Assembly (NCBI GenBank): GCA_965287045.1
Contig: OZ336871.1
Span: 62,248,001 to 62,312,000, forward strand
DNA: 64,000 bases
Direction: 5' to 3'
From: Carcharhinus amblyrhynchos
Taxonomy: Eukaryota
Shown: positions 52,041 through 64,000 of the stretch, piece by piece
How the letters are laid out: each line of letters opens with the position of its first letter
How positions within the stretch are numbered: the first letter of the stretch is position 1
Program-made: the position numbers and the translations under genes
Notes under the pieces: model-generated
The model's database searches: none
The model's input: the letters and a program-made list of their open reading frames with translations, nothing else
Told to the model about the DNA's origin: nothing

Positions 52041-53099
52041 AAAGTTAGGCTCTGAAAACCACTGAGATGCTGTCACTGTTACCAAGAAATAGTTTGAAAT
52101 GTCTGACGGTGAGGAAAATAGTTTTCATTTCTCTTATTCACAGAACTTGGACAAAATGCATATCGCAGTGATACATAGAAAATCATTACTTTATTAGCCT
52201 AAACTTCCAGCACTTCTATTCTACTGTTGAAATGCAATGGAGGACAACTGCCAACCAGCAGCCAGTAAAGCAGAACAAATCACATGGGCACATAACTAGG
52301 ATGGGTCATCTATACCTATACAACACAGCCTGTAAGTCACTCATGATTATGGAAAGTTTCGGATCACACAAACATAAAGGGTTGGATTTTGACCGTTGGC
52401 TGTGAAACAACATGGTTTGCTGTTGATCACAATCCGAGTTTCCCATAAGATCTAGCAAACTCTATGGTGTGGCTTTCCACTTTCCCAGGAATCAAGGGGA
52501 TGCCCAGATGTCCAGCACAGTGCTGTTAGCAAACAAAGTAAACAACCAATCACAACGAAGTATTCTCACAGGGAACAAATTAGAAAGTGGAAAACACTTT
52601 ATCCTTCACCTTTAATTTAAATATTTGCATGGTAAAATAAATGATTGATTGGATTGATTGAACAAGCTAAAATATCAATATAAACAAACTTTAAGAAAAT
52701 CATCTTTAAATGCAGATCATTTAATGACAGTGGAGAAATTGAAGTTTGCACAAATATGAAATTATCTTTCCAGACTGATTAAAGGTATTTAGCAGCAATT
52801 ATTAATTTAGTAAGCCAGTTACAGCTCAACCAACAAAGTATGACATGTTCAAAGGTTTTTACAGTGTAACTAATGGTTTAGGAGTGGAAGTTCTAATCAA
52901 TTTACAGATTTCTCATTTGGGGGCAGCTCAATAGCACATCATCTGAAGAAAAGTAGAATCACAGCAGTTTATGGATCTTCTCATTATTCTGTACATGTGT
53001 GGACTTTTAAAGATGCTGTCAGTTTCTGTGGACTAATGATGGCAAACACTGGCAGTTTGGCTGTCATCATCACCACAAAATCTAGACAATTTACAAAAG

Positions 53100-53178
53100 C
53101 AAAAGAAAAAGACTTTCATTGATATAATGCCTTTCGTGTCTTCAAGATGCCTTCAGTCTCTCACTGTTGTAATGTTAG
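53100..53178 (-). mobile_element. Short DeuSINE (SacSINE/AmnSINE-like) 3' fragment
   Basis: The reverse complement acattacaacagtga...gaaaggcattatatcaatgaaagtctttttc resembles the recalled DeuSINE tail. Confidence 0.45.
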
Positions 53179-53640
53179 TTGATGTAATATGATGTACCCA
53201 TCGGCAAAGTGTTATACAAAAGGAGAGAGTTGTTATGATCATAAAGAATCATTTGCATGATTGTTTTTGTTGCTTCACATGCTCCTGATTGTTGTGGTAC
53301 AAGCACTTTCAACTACCAAAGATCAATCTCTTCATGGCTGTGGGAGGGCAGCAGAAACACCACAAATTAGGCAGGAATGTAGTCTATTTGGAGCACAGCT
53401 TTCAGTGGAAAATTCCACTGAGCTTTCTTTGGAATTGATCTTCAGTCAAGGCCAGGCAAGGTTGGCATCATAGAAAGAGACATAAGTATGGTTGACGCTC
53501 TCTGACTCGAATTTCTGTGCCCCTGGAGGGAATGTGGCTGAACATGTATGCTGAAGGGAAGTGTGCATGTTGATTCGTCAGACAATAGAAGTCAGGGCCC
53601 ATCTTGGGGTCTTAACCTGGACTCTTACCGAAGATTTGTC

Positions 53641-53828
53641 CCAAGATGTGCGGGTTAGGTTGATTGGCCATGTTAAAATTGCCCTTAGTGTCCTGAGATG
53701 TGTAGGTTAGTGGGATTAGCGGGTAAATATGTAGGGATATGGGGGTAAGACCTGGGTGGGATTGTGGTCAGTGCAGACTTGATGGGCCGAATGGCTTCTT
53801 TCTGTGCTGCAGGGTTTCTATGATTTTG
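53641..53828 (+). mobile_element. 3' half of an HE1-like SINE
   Basis: It is near-identical to 18400-18592. Confidence 0.85.
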
Positions 53829-54376
53829 ATAACCCCTAAGTGAAAGGACTTGGAGGTTATTGTGTCTCCTCACCAATGAAGGTGTCAAGGCCCAGGAGTG
53901 CACACCTTCACCTTAGGGCAGGCAGGCATCCAAGATGAAAACCCATTTGGCACAACTGCCCACACAGGATTCAATGACTATTTCTTGACCCCACCATATG
54001 GTGAACAAAAACTGGCATATGCTGTCACTTCCATAAGATTCTTATGAGTCCATGATTTATATGTTGCTGCAAAGTTGCTCACTTAGTTTTGCAACTAATA
54101 ATTCCTGGTTTAAATGTGTGATGTGACTTTTATATTGTGAAAACTACAGACACTACAGGCATTTTCAACTTTTGATATACATAGGATATACAACATAGAA
54201 GCAGGCCATTTGGACCAACTAGCCCATGCCAGTAATTATGCTTCACTTGAATCGCCTCTGATATGTCCTCATCTAAATCTACTATTGTTGCCATTTATTT
54301 CTTTGTCCCTCCAATTGTCTGCCTGTGCCCTTAAATGCACTGTACTTCTCACTTCAACCACTTGCTGTGGTAGCAA

Positions 54377-54678
54377 GGGTGGCACAGTGGTTAGCACTGT
54401 TGCCTCATAGCGCCAGGGACCTAGGTTCGATTCCCAACTTGGGTCACTGTCTGTGTAGAACTTGCTTGTTCTCCCCGTGTCTGCATGAGTTTCCTCCAGG
54501 TGCTCTGGTTTCCTCCTACAGTCTGAGAGACATGCTCACTAGGTGCATTGACCACACTAAATTCTCCCTCAGTGTACCCGACAGGTGCCAGAGTGTGATG
54601 ACTGGGGGATTTTCACAGTAATTTCATTGCAGTGTTAATTTAAAACTTACTTGAGACACTATTAAACTTTAAACTTTG
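54377..54678 (+). mobile_element. V-SINE with alternative tail (first of a tandem pair)
   Basis: It runs gggtggcacagtggttagcactg...taaactttaaacttt. Confidence 0.85.
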
Positions 54679-54680
54679 AA

Positions 54681-54985
54681 AGGGCGGCTCGGTGGCACAG
54701 TGGTTAGCACTGCTGCCCCACAGCACCAGAGACTTGGTTTTGATTCCCAGTTTGGATCACTGTCTGCATGTTCTCTCTGTGTCTGCGTGAGTTTCCTCCA
54801 GGTGCTCTGGTTTCCTCCCAATGGGCAAAGTATGTGCTAGTTCAGTGCATTGGCCATGCTAAAATTCTCCCCCAGTGTACCCGAACAGGTAGCAGAGTGT
54901 GGCAACCATGGGGTTTTCTCCATAACTTCATTGCAGTGTTAATGTAAGCCTACTTGTGACACTAACCATAACCTTTAAACTTTAA
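54681..54985 (+). mobile_element. V-SINE with alternative tail (second of a tandem pair)
   Basis: It runs gggcggctcggtggcacagtggttagc...gtaagcctacttgtgacactaa...taaacttt, starting directly after the tail of the first copy. Confidence 0.85.
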
Positions 54986-55130
54986 GTTTATATTTTTACC
55001 AGAGTTTGAATAAAGGAATCTCTTTTTAATTCCCTACTGGACTTCTTTGTGATTTACTTATATTGATGACCTCAGAAGTTCAAATGCCCTTGACACAAAG
55101 AAGATTGTCTGGAAACCAATAGGAAAGTAC

Positions 55131-55489
55131 TGTTACCAATACCTTGTGAGCTCACACAGTCTAAGCTTGTGAGTGTGACAGAATGACACACAATGGGGAA
55201 GCAGTGTTCTGTGCCACACAATCTGTTCATACTAAAGTGACTCATGTTTGTTGTTATTGCAACACATTTGCTTCCTTTATTATGCACTTTGTAGCTACCT
55301 AGTGTTATACCCCAAAAAACCAAGTAGTGAAGGATACAAACTTTTATAAAAGTTTGCAGACTTAAAGATTTCCAACACACACTCCTAACCCAACAACCAC
55401 AGATTTGGATTCAGTCTGTTCCTTTCTAACTGAATCCTTGGTTGAGACCCACTGTAAACAATTAAAAACAATTCATATACAATTTATCA
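55131..55489 (-). mobile_element. 3' LTR of a Ty1/Copia element
   Basis: On the minus strand it reads TGATA...TAACA, is immediately preceded by the polypurine tract aaagagagagatgggagg (55490-55507), and has an internal AATAAA. Confidence 0.7.
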
Positions 55490-55865
55490 CCTCCCATCTC
55501 TCTCTTTAAATAAAAAGGAGTTTACATCGACAATCAGAGTTCCAAAAGCAATTAAATCAACAACTTTCAGATTCTGTTCAAAGCATTGCACTGTGAGATA
55601 CCTCACAGCTAACAACCCTAACAACTTCTTCACACGTACATTGCTTTTTGTAAAACGATCTGACAGTTGATGTCTAGCACCCACCCATTTAATTTTAGAG
55701 ACTTATTTTCTCTCCAGCATTTGTTTCAAGCCAATGTGGTCAATCCATAAATTTTACTCACTCCTACTTTCTTTGGAATGTCTATTAGCCCACAAGGAAC
55801 AATTATCTACATAACATTCATTGGGTATCCTAGCTTCATGGTACAAAATATTTGACAATGACACA

Positions 55866-56220
55866 GGGGATGCGATGGCCAAGTGCTATTATTGCTAGAC
55901 TATTAATCCAGAAACTCAGCTAATGTTCTGGGGACCTGAATTCAAATCCCACCGCGGCAAATGATGGAATTTGAATGCAATTAAAGAAATCTGGAATTAA
56001 GGATCTTCTGATGACCATGAAACCATTGTTGGTTGTCGGAAAAACCCATCTGGTTCACTAATGACCTTTTGGGGAAAGAAATCTGCCATCCTTACTTGGT
56101 CTGACCTACATGTGACTCCAAAGCCACAGCAATGTGGTTGACTCTCAACTGCCCTCGAGCAACTAGGCAATAAATGCTGGCCAGCCAACGATGCCCATGT
56201 CCCATGATTCATGAATAAAG
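55866..56220 (+). mobile_element. tRNA-derived SINE (same family as 24787) nested in the Copia RNase H region
   Basis: It is colinear with 24787-25098 and ends ggcaataaatgctggccagccaacgatgcccatgtccca. Confidence 0.88.
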
Positions 56221-57316
56221 CAAATAGAATCCTATATCCACTACCTTCAAAAGTGTTTCTTGATGCAGCTGAATAACTTTGAACAACCTTTTTTCCCCCA
56301 GTTTCTTAGTTTACAATGCTAAGAGTGATAACATTCTCACCCATTGGAAATACTATTGAACCAGCTGCATTAGAGACACATCAGAAAAAATTAGCACATG
56401 AAGCAATACTAAAAATAACTAGCTTCATGTCCTTTTAAAACATAAAGAATGTCAGCAAGGACACAGTTATCCAAATTTAACTTTTATTTGCCTTTAATGT
56501 TTTATTTGCCTTTAAAACATTTTGTACTTTAAGGTATCTTGTTGCAGTACTCAACTCCAAGACATCAAAATGAGCATCTGATCTAGTTTCGGCATTCATT
56601 TAACCGACCAATCAAGCTTTGCAAATGTTCTGTCTCTTCTTTACATACAAGACCATCTGTCTGTGTTTTACCTTATGATTAGTCAGGATGTGAACAATAA
56701 TCCCTCTGAATATGATCATTGATTTAAAGTTTTTTTCAGACCTATATATGCCTTAGTATCTAAACCAATATATTTAGAAGCCCCACAATTCTGACTTCCA
56801 ATTTTAAATTCTAGCCTCATCTTATTAACAATACTTTTCTTAAATTCAGCAGTATCACTTCATCAGAAATCATCAACATGTATCATGAAGATGCCTGGAA
56901 GTTTATCTTCACAATTCCAACAAAAACTTTGGGGGACCTATGTTTAATTGAACACAACCTATTTTCGGCAAAACCATTCTCTCTGAAAAATACATTACTG
57001 TGGAAGCATCATTTAGACCATTGAGGCATTTATTAGGTTTCCACAGCTTTCCTTCTCCAACTGTTGCCACTGAACTATTTCCAAAGAACATTTCTGAAAA
57101 ATGTCACTTTGCAGAAATGTAAACTTTTACGTCATTTGACCTATACTCTCGGACTATGTCGCAAAACAATTTTAAAATTTGTTTTTCTAGTTTTGAGACA
57201 GTCCAATCTAATAACACAGTCACTCTTCAAAACCACAAGCGATTACTCTCACCTTAGTCCCACCAGCAAGGATGTTTTCAGTACAAATCCACCTGTGCGT
57301 CAAAATTGGTTACGGA

Positions 57317-57633
57317 ATCATAGAACACCTACACTGCAGAAGGAGGCCATTCATCCCATCGAGTCTGCACTGACAACAATCCCACCCAACCTAAATCTTC
57401 ATAACCCCACATATTTACCCTGCTAATCCCGCTGACACTAAGGGACAACTTAGCATGGCTAATCAACCTAACCCGCACATTTTTGGACTGTGGGAGGAAA
57501 CCGGAGCACCCAGAGGAAACACATGAAGATATGTGGAGAATGTGCAGACTCCAATTGGTCACTCAAGGCTGGAGTTGAACCTGGTTTCTGGCACTGTGAG
57601 GCAGTAGTGCTAATCACTGTGCTACCATGCTGC
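57317..57633 (-). mobile_element. HE1-like V-SINE nested in the Copia element
   Basis: It is colinear with 47012-47335. Confidence 0.88.
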
Positions 57634-58215
57634 CCAGTTATCTTCAACTGGTGCCTTAGAATACATTTCAAACTCACTCTCATTTCTTATTCTCTCCATT
57701 TTCCCCCTCTTATTAGTTTATCCTCAAGTTTATTGGCAGCCATCAAAACTTCATGATCACAAAAGCATCCACTTTTACTTCTGTTCTAAGATGTTCTGTG
57801 ATCTTTATTTCATTGTTTAGCTATTCAAGCTGTAGACTCTACTCACACTTACATGTCTGCTGTGACGAATAAAGCAATATCTCCCTCTTACACTATCAAA
57901 GGCTCTTTCTTCTTCCAGGTTTTCTTCTGGACTCATTGTCAATACTTGTGCTGTCCATTTGTTCACCACCCCTCAACCTCCATTCTGTCAGTCTATGGAC
58001 CTCATTTCATGACCATCATCCTGAACATTCAACCAATATTTAAATTTACCAGTAGCTTTTCTTGTGTGTCCGGCAATTTTTGCACCTTTCCATTCACCAG
58101 ACTCTTCTGGGATATTGTCACCTGAATACTCGCTCTGGGCAATTGGTCCTGTGGATGGGACAGTACTTGCCATGTGTGATGTGATCATTCACATTGCCAC
58201 TATCTGGTCTTTAAT

Positions 58216-58680
58216 AAAGAACAAATAACAAAGAACATTACAGCAGGAACAGGCCCCTCAGCCCTCCAAGCCTGCACCGACCCTGCTGCCTGTGTGATCG
58301 AAAACCCCCTACCCTTCTGGGGACCATATCCTTCTATTCCCATCCTATTCATGTATTTGTCAAGACGCCCCATAAATGTCATTATCGTATCTACTTCCAT
58401 TACCTCCCATGGCAGCGAATTCCAAGCACCCGCCACCCTCTGTGTAAAAAAAACTTGTGATTATCCATTCTGTCATGCCCGTCATAATCTTGTAGACTTC
58501 CATCAGGTCACCCCTCAATCTCTGTCATTCCAGTGAGAGTTTCTCCAACCTCTGCTCATAGTTAATGCCCTCCATACCAGGCAACATCCTGGTAAATCTT
58601 TTCTGTACCCTCTCAAAATCCTCCTCATCCTTTTAGTAGTGTAGTGACCAGAATTGAACATTATGTTCCAATCTACTGTG
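58216..58680 (-). mobile_element. CR1 3' fragment
   Basis: The ORF at 58200-58436 reads AWNSLPWEVMEVDTIMTFMGRLDKYM and the tail is (ttctttg)n. Confidence 0.85.
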
Positions 58681-58819
58681 TTCTGTTCTTTAGGACCTTC
58701 ATTAGAAAACACATAAGCATTTGAGGTACAAATTTTTTAGTACATTTATTTCCAACAGCTGCTCAGAGTCCGAGATTTTGTAATTAATTTTGATTAATCA
58801 TGAATCACGAAGAACAGAG

Positions 58820-59940
58820 AAAGTAGACAAAGGTAATTCAGTTGATATAATTCTGATAGGTTTTCAAAAGGTCTTCGATAAGGAACTCGTGAATAAGGTC
58901 AGGAAATGTGGAATCAGGGGACAAGTGACGGAATAGATTGCTAGCTGAGGGCAGGAATAAAGGATATCTGTTCAGAGCAGCAGAATGTGAGAAGCGGTGT
59001 TGCATAAAGATCTGTGTTACAACCATTGTTGTTCACAATTTACGTTCACAATTTAAACTTTTAGATCAAAAACAGTTTCCAGGTTTGTGGTTGACACTGA
59101 ATTTGGTCAATGCTGAGGAGGACTGCAAAACAATTAGAAAAGGATGTTAACTTGCGGAATAGGTAAATAATTGGCAAACGAAGTTCAACACTAATAAGTA
59201 TGAGGTAGTACATCTTAGGTGGGTTCACTTATTATTTGAAAGTCTAGATGGGGTAGAAGAACAAAGAGATTTTGGAATACAAATACGTTAAACATTAAAG
59301 CTGTGCCACAGTTTAGCAAAAAAGCAAAACAAACATTAGACTTTATTCTAGCAGAATAGAATTAAATAGTAGGGAAGTTATGTTAAACCTGTATCAAAAT
59401 ATTGGTTAGACGACACTTAAGGTACTGTCTATGATTCTGGTCTCTATATTATAAATTGCTTTAAGGCACTAGAGAAGGTGCAGAGAAGATTTACAAGGAT
59501 AATAACAGAAGTGTGTGCATATATCAGGAAAGGATTGACAGGCTGGGTTTCTTTCCTTTTGAAAAATAAAGGCTGAAGACTGACTGAATAATGTGTTTTA
59601 AATCTTGAAAGATTATAATGGACTGGATATAGAGAGAACGTTTCTACTTGTGGGGAAGAACATAACTAGAGACAATCAATACAAAATAGTCACCAAGAAA
59701 TTCAGTTAGGGAATTCAGAAGAAATTTCTTTACTTAAAAAGTGGTATGAATGTGGAGCATGCTACTATACTACATGGAGTGGTTGAAGAGAATTGTATAA
59801 ATATGTTTAAGGGGAAGCTAGAGGAAATGGATAGTTTCAATTATAGATTTAAATGAAAAACTTGGGAAGAGGTCCGAGTGAGTCATAAACACCAACTTGG
59901 AAACACCAATAGTCCTGTTTCTATGCTGTACATTCTATAT
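58820..59940 (+). mobile_element. Degenerate CR1 RT to 3' UTR
   Basis: Decayed motifs DFQK.FDK, WQTKFNT, ALEKVQRRFTR and EFRRNFFT are present. Confidence 0.8.
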
Positions 59941-60879
59941 GAAGAAACTTGACAGTTTAATTGACATTTTTGTTAAGTGCTGACTTACCGTTGCAATCGA
60001 TTGTTTTGCTGTTATTGGCCACCCCCAGTCTTGCACCGGTCCCCTAGTAAGCCTCTCCAGCCCCGCTCACTTGGCATTTCCCACCAAGCAGTATCAGAGT
60101 GTCTGGTTGGCAGTGCCAAGGTGTAGCTCCTTGCTCCTGATCTCCCTGGGGGCCTTAATGACCTCCAGATCTACCAGTGAGGCCATCATGACTGGCTGTG
60201 TTGCTGGGGATCAGCTGCGATTCTCGCCAGAGAGAGCCTCTCCCGTGAGACCACAGAAGCAAGTGGGCCCAGATGATAATTCAATGAAAAGCAGATTTTA
60301 ATTTAATTTAAATAAATTATTCAGCCTCGTGCTGGAAATAGCACAAAGCTGATCGTGCCAGATATCCAGTGCCGGCAAGATTGCAAGAGGTGAGAAATCT
60401 GGCGTGAATCTGATTTCTCACCCCTCGCGCAATCTTAACAGCTCACACTGCCCATCGGCTGGTGGGGTGCAATGGTACCCCACCATTAATCTGCCAACCT
60501 TAATCTGCTTGTTAATTCCTATGTATCGCTAATTTACCTTGCATATTCGACTATAGAGTATGGCTGACTAGAGTATAGTCGACTATGTTATCTTACTGAA
60601 ATTGTATGTGTCTGTAAAGATATTTCTGTGCAGCTGGAGATCTACAAGGCAGTTTTCTCACTGAAACTGACACTGAACATATATCGGAAGATCTGGCCAC
60701 TGACTCTAGTTCAGGGAGCAAAGGAATTTCCCATCAGAAGTTCAGAATTCCCGAGCAATTCCCACAGACTCAGTGTGTTAGGACTGCCGAGGAGTCCTAA
60801 CGTGTATCTTGGGGGTAAAAATCTGGGCCATTAAAGGTGCAATAGGAACACAAGTTATTATTAATGTTGGTAAGGGAAA

Positions 60880-61850
60880 GAACGAGCAGATTGCAATGAT
60901 AGAGAGATTGGATTATGAGCAGTAATTATGTAAATTGGTTGGAAAAGGTTGAGAGGCGACATGATTACTGATTTTGGGTTTCTAAAGGGGTTACATAATG
61001 TAGATTTCTCTAAGCTATTTTACCTTGTCTAGAACAGTAGTACCAGATGAGACAGCCTGTGCCAGTAGGGGGTTAAATTCAAAACAACGATGTGGAAACA
61101 ATATTTCAGTGAGCAAGTAGTAAACCTATGGAACAGGCATCTTAGGAAGATAATGGAAGCAATTATTATAGATTAATTCAAGTGAAAATGTGATAGATTT
61201 TGTTAAAAAAAAACATTTTAGGGAACAGTATACGACTATGTTGCGATATGAGCCAGAATTTAGTGGCAGTCCACCAATTGAAGGAGTCCTGTCACCTTTC
61301 AGCTGAGGCCTGATGCTATTCTGAACTGATCAGACACTCACCTGGACGGTGCAGGATATCCCATTGAATTAAGGTACCAGTAAGGTGGAGATCCTTCTCA
61401 CAAAAGCTGTCGGCTAGCCCGAGGCTAACTGCAATAGGGACAGCACCAGTTGGAGCGGTGGCCACTGCCAAAATTGCACTAAAGCATACCTAAAGGATCA
61501 GTAATGAATGCCTCAGAGCCCATGAAGTAGGTCAGGATGGTATTCTTAGAGAGAATGGGATGCAGGCCGGGGAGGAAGGTTAGGGCATTAAATTCCACCC
61601 ATGAAGTGGCAAATGTTGCAGACTTGTCGGGAAAATGTGACTTTCCATCGATAGTTCCTGAAGCTCTCCACCACTTGCTTTTCCATTGCATCTTTTCTGG
61701 GTATGTTGTAGACTAATTGAATGAGATTAATTTTGATAGGTAGTTAATAACTTCCTAGCTCTTGCATAATTTGACTATTAGGAAGGAATAGAGTGAACAA
61801 AATGGATCTTGGTCTCTTACATCTGGCAATTTCTATTTTTCTATAATTCC
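60880..61850 (+). mobile_element. Degenerate CR1 3' end with a nested MITE at about 61250-61600
   Basis: It contains LEK.RGDMI and FSEQVVNLWNR remnants. The MITE ends are gagccagaattta and taaattccaccc. Confidence 0.6.
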
Positions 61851-62785
61851 GCCTGTGGAAGCCAGATCTGGATGGCATACACCTCACCTCTTAGCATGCT
61901 ATCCTCCAGTCATATACCAAGTGATGAATGAGCCATGGGAGTTCAAATTCCAGGGTATGGAACTCCATCTCCTGCCCCTGACATAAGTCTACGTGCCCAG
62001 GGTAAACTGGGGCCACCCTTTCCAAAGCTGTCTGGGAAATCCTGAAAACAGCAGGAATACACTTGAAGCAGATCCTGTTTCTTCCAATGGATGGGTTGGT
62101 ACCCCACCTAAAACACAAAAATAAATGCAAATGCGTCTGAGTGTTCTGGAGTTTTACAAATTTATACCAAATTAAAAGTCAAAACCTGGCAGGGGAAGAA
62201 GAAGCATCAGATGAGTGGACAACATTAAGATGTGGGCTGAGGATGTCTTGAAGAAAATCAGAGAAGAAGCAAGAAGATGCCAGTGACCCCAATAAGGCTA
62301 TAGTAACTACGAGTGATGTGAACTCATACTCTCACTTTTAACAACAATGGTGAAAGTACATATTTTTAAATAGGTAGGAGCAAGTTTTCTGTGGATGGAG
62401 GTCATGCTTTTATAAATGTGTGTGATAGTGACACACTTTTGATTGCTAAAGAGTTTGGAAGCATGGTTGGAATGGAAGTGCTCGGAGAAAATAAAGTCTT
62501 TGGTTTAGTTGCTGGATAATAATTAAATGCTTGCCTACACTGTTGAGCAATCACTCCTATAATACTGTCTTAAAACCTTGCAACATTCATAGTATTTGCA
62601 ACTCTAATGCAATGTAAATCTCCCCTTGTGCAATTCTGATCAGTGTTTTCTTTGGACTGGCTTATTACTCCAAACATTTAGAGACTCAAAGCGTTTTGTC
62701 AAGAAAAAAAGTTTATTTTCGGAACAACCTGCAAACACATGTTTAACATTAATGCTTGTCCTTTCTGACACCGTAAAGGTTTTGC

Positions 62786-62992
62786 AAAAGCAAAATACAA
62801 CAGATGCTGAAAATCTGAAATGAAAACAGGAAATGCTGGAAATACTCAGCCAGTGTGGCAGCATCTGTAGAGAGACAGTGCAAATATTTCACTTTTTCTG
62901 ATTCTGGTGCAAGATTATCAATCTGAAACACTAACTGTTTCACTTTCCATAAATTCAACCAGGCCTGCTGAGCATTTCCAGCATTTCCTGTT
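62786..62992. mobile_element. Palindromic Penelope-like-derived repeat (second family)
   Basis: Arms are aacaggaaatgctggaaatactcagc (62825-62850) and gctgagcatttccagcatttcctgtt (62967-62992). Single-arm relatives lie at about 9510, 25245, 37640 and 48500. Confidence 0.65.
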
Positions 62993-63559
62993 ATCATCAA
63001 GGTTTTGTGTTAAGTTGACAAACAATGGTAGATCGTTACAATGTGAGGGCATTGAATTGAAAAACAATGCCAAATGAATTGTTAACCTGACTTTGTGCAA
63101 TATAACCTATTGAAGCTTTGTGGTGAACAGACCAATGTGAGTCATAAAGAATGCCAATTCAGTTTTGTTTCAAGATTGAGGATGAAAAGTTTCTGCTGTT
63201 TTTATGGGTCTCAGTAGATATTGTCCAAAATGAGTCATACCATGAAAAGAGACTATAAAATAATCTTCAAATACAGACTCAGGAGGTGTCAGAGACCAAA
63301 GCCCAGTGTTGGATCCAACATTTGGCTCTAGCAGCCAAACAAAATTGCAAAATTGACCTGAATTAGTGAAATACAGCGCTGCCTCCCCACATCTTAAGAA
63401 ATATTGTATGGCATCTTTTCTTGTCAGTGAAAGAAGTGTTTTAATTATTAGGAGGAAGATGCACTTTGAGGTTTAAGCTTGTTTTTTTTTAAGCATGAGG
63501 GACATCCATAAAATAAACACAATTTGGGAGTAAACAGTGAATCTGATTGGCATCAAATT

Positions 63560-64000
63560 ACCTTTGATAAAGCACCACATTCTAAATGTATTAAAATTGA
63601 ACTCCACGTCATTAAAGTGGAATTGGCTGAGAGAGAAAAGGCAGAATTTAGTGGTGAATTGTTATTTTTTAGACTGGAGGAAAGTGTGTGTGGTGTTCCC
63701 CAGGGATTGGTGTTAGTCCTACTTCTTTCCAATTGATATTAATTACCTGGACTTGGGTAGAGAGGGCATAATTTCAAAGTTTGCAGATGGTATCAGTGAG
63801 AAGGATACTAACAGACCTGAGGAGACTATAGACAGACTGGTGAAATAGGTTAGATGCATGACCTATTTGCATAAAATTTAACACTGAACTGTGATGTGCA
63901 TTTTCTAAGAGGAAATATAAGCTGAATGGTACAATTTGAAAGAGGTGCAGGAAAAGAGAGACAGTAGGCTGACAATAAACATCTCTTTAAAGGTTACAAG
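63560..64000 (+). mobile_element. Degenerate CR1 RT fragment
   Basis: It contains FDKAPH, CGVPQGLVL and ISKFAD motifs. Confidence 0.75.

Larger units (their letters stand above)
55590..58215 (-). pseudogene. Decayed Ty1/Copia pol (post-integrase linker, RT, RNase H), interrupted by two SINEs
   Basis: Minus-strand motifs occur in order: WKGAKIAGHTRKATGKFKYWLNV, EGKLWKPNKCLNGLNDAS, GIFMIHVDDF, LVIFSIASCAN, ECYVDNCSLW, LKQMLERK, IKWVGARHQLSDRFTK. Confidence 0.85.

Noticed and set aside
94-63736. Most ORFs in the supplied six-frame track
   Set aside because: They are short, lack recognisable domains and mostly overlap SINEs, MITEs or low-complexity DNA. The real exon is not in the track.
13386-64000. 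Further canonical ZNF385D exons (EEEKAKRLLYCSLCKVAVNS...)
   Set aside because: I did not find them by reading; the downstream intron appears to extend beyond the window.

Overview
This is eukaryotic, AT-rich, repeat-dense DNA from a cartilaginous fish (shark or ray), judged from HE1/V-SINE-type SINEs, CR1 LINEs and Harbinger fossils. It appears to lie inside the large gene ZNF385D on the + strand. Only one confident coding exon is present (13226-13385, SQAGAHYKGTKHAKKLKALEAMKNKQK...); the rest is intron. The intron holds CR1 and L2 LINE fragments, one young 5'-truncated CR1, at least three SINE families, Harbinger transposase and Myb-like gene fossils, many Harbinger-type MITEs, a decayed Ty1/Copia element with LTR and PPT, and Penelope-derived palindromes. 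One Penelope-derived insert carries an apparently intact minimal hammerhead ribozyme core. The best leads are a frame-compatible candidate ZNF385D micro-exon or alternative first exon at 38866-38898, a candidate poison exon just downstream of the known exon, the hammerhead insert, and two copies of one MITE that are each rearranged at their G/C-rich core. Almost all ORFs in the supplied track are spurious. I found no convincing wholly new multi-gene system. Family names come from recalled motifs, not database searches, and most repeat boundaries are approximate.
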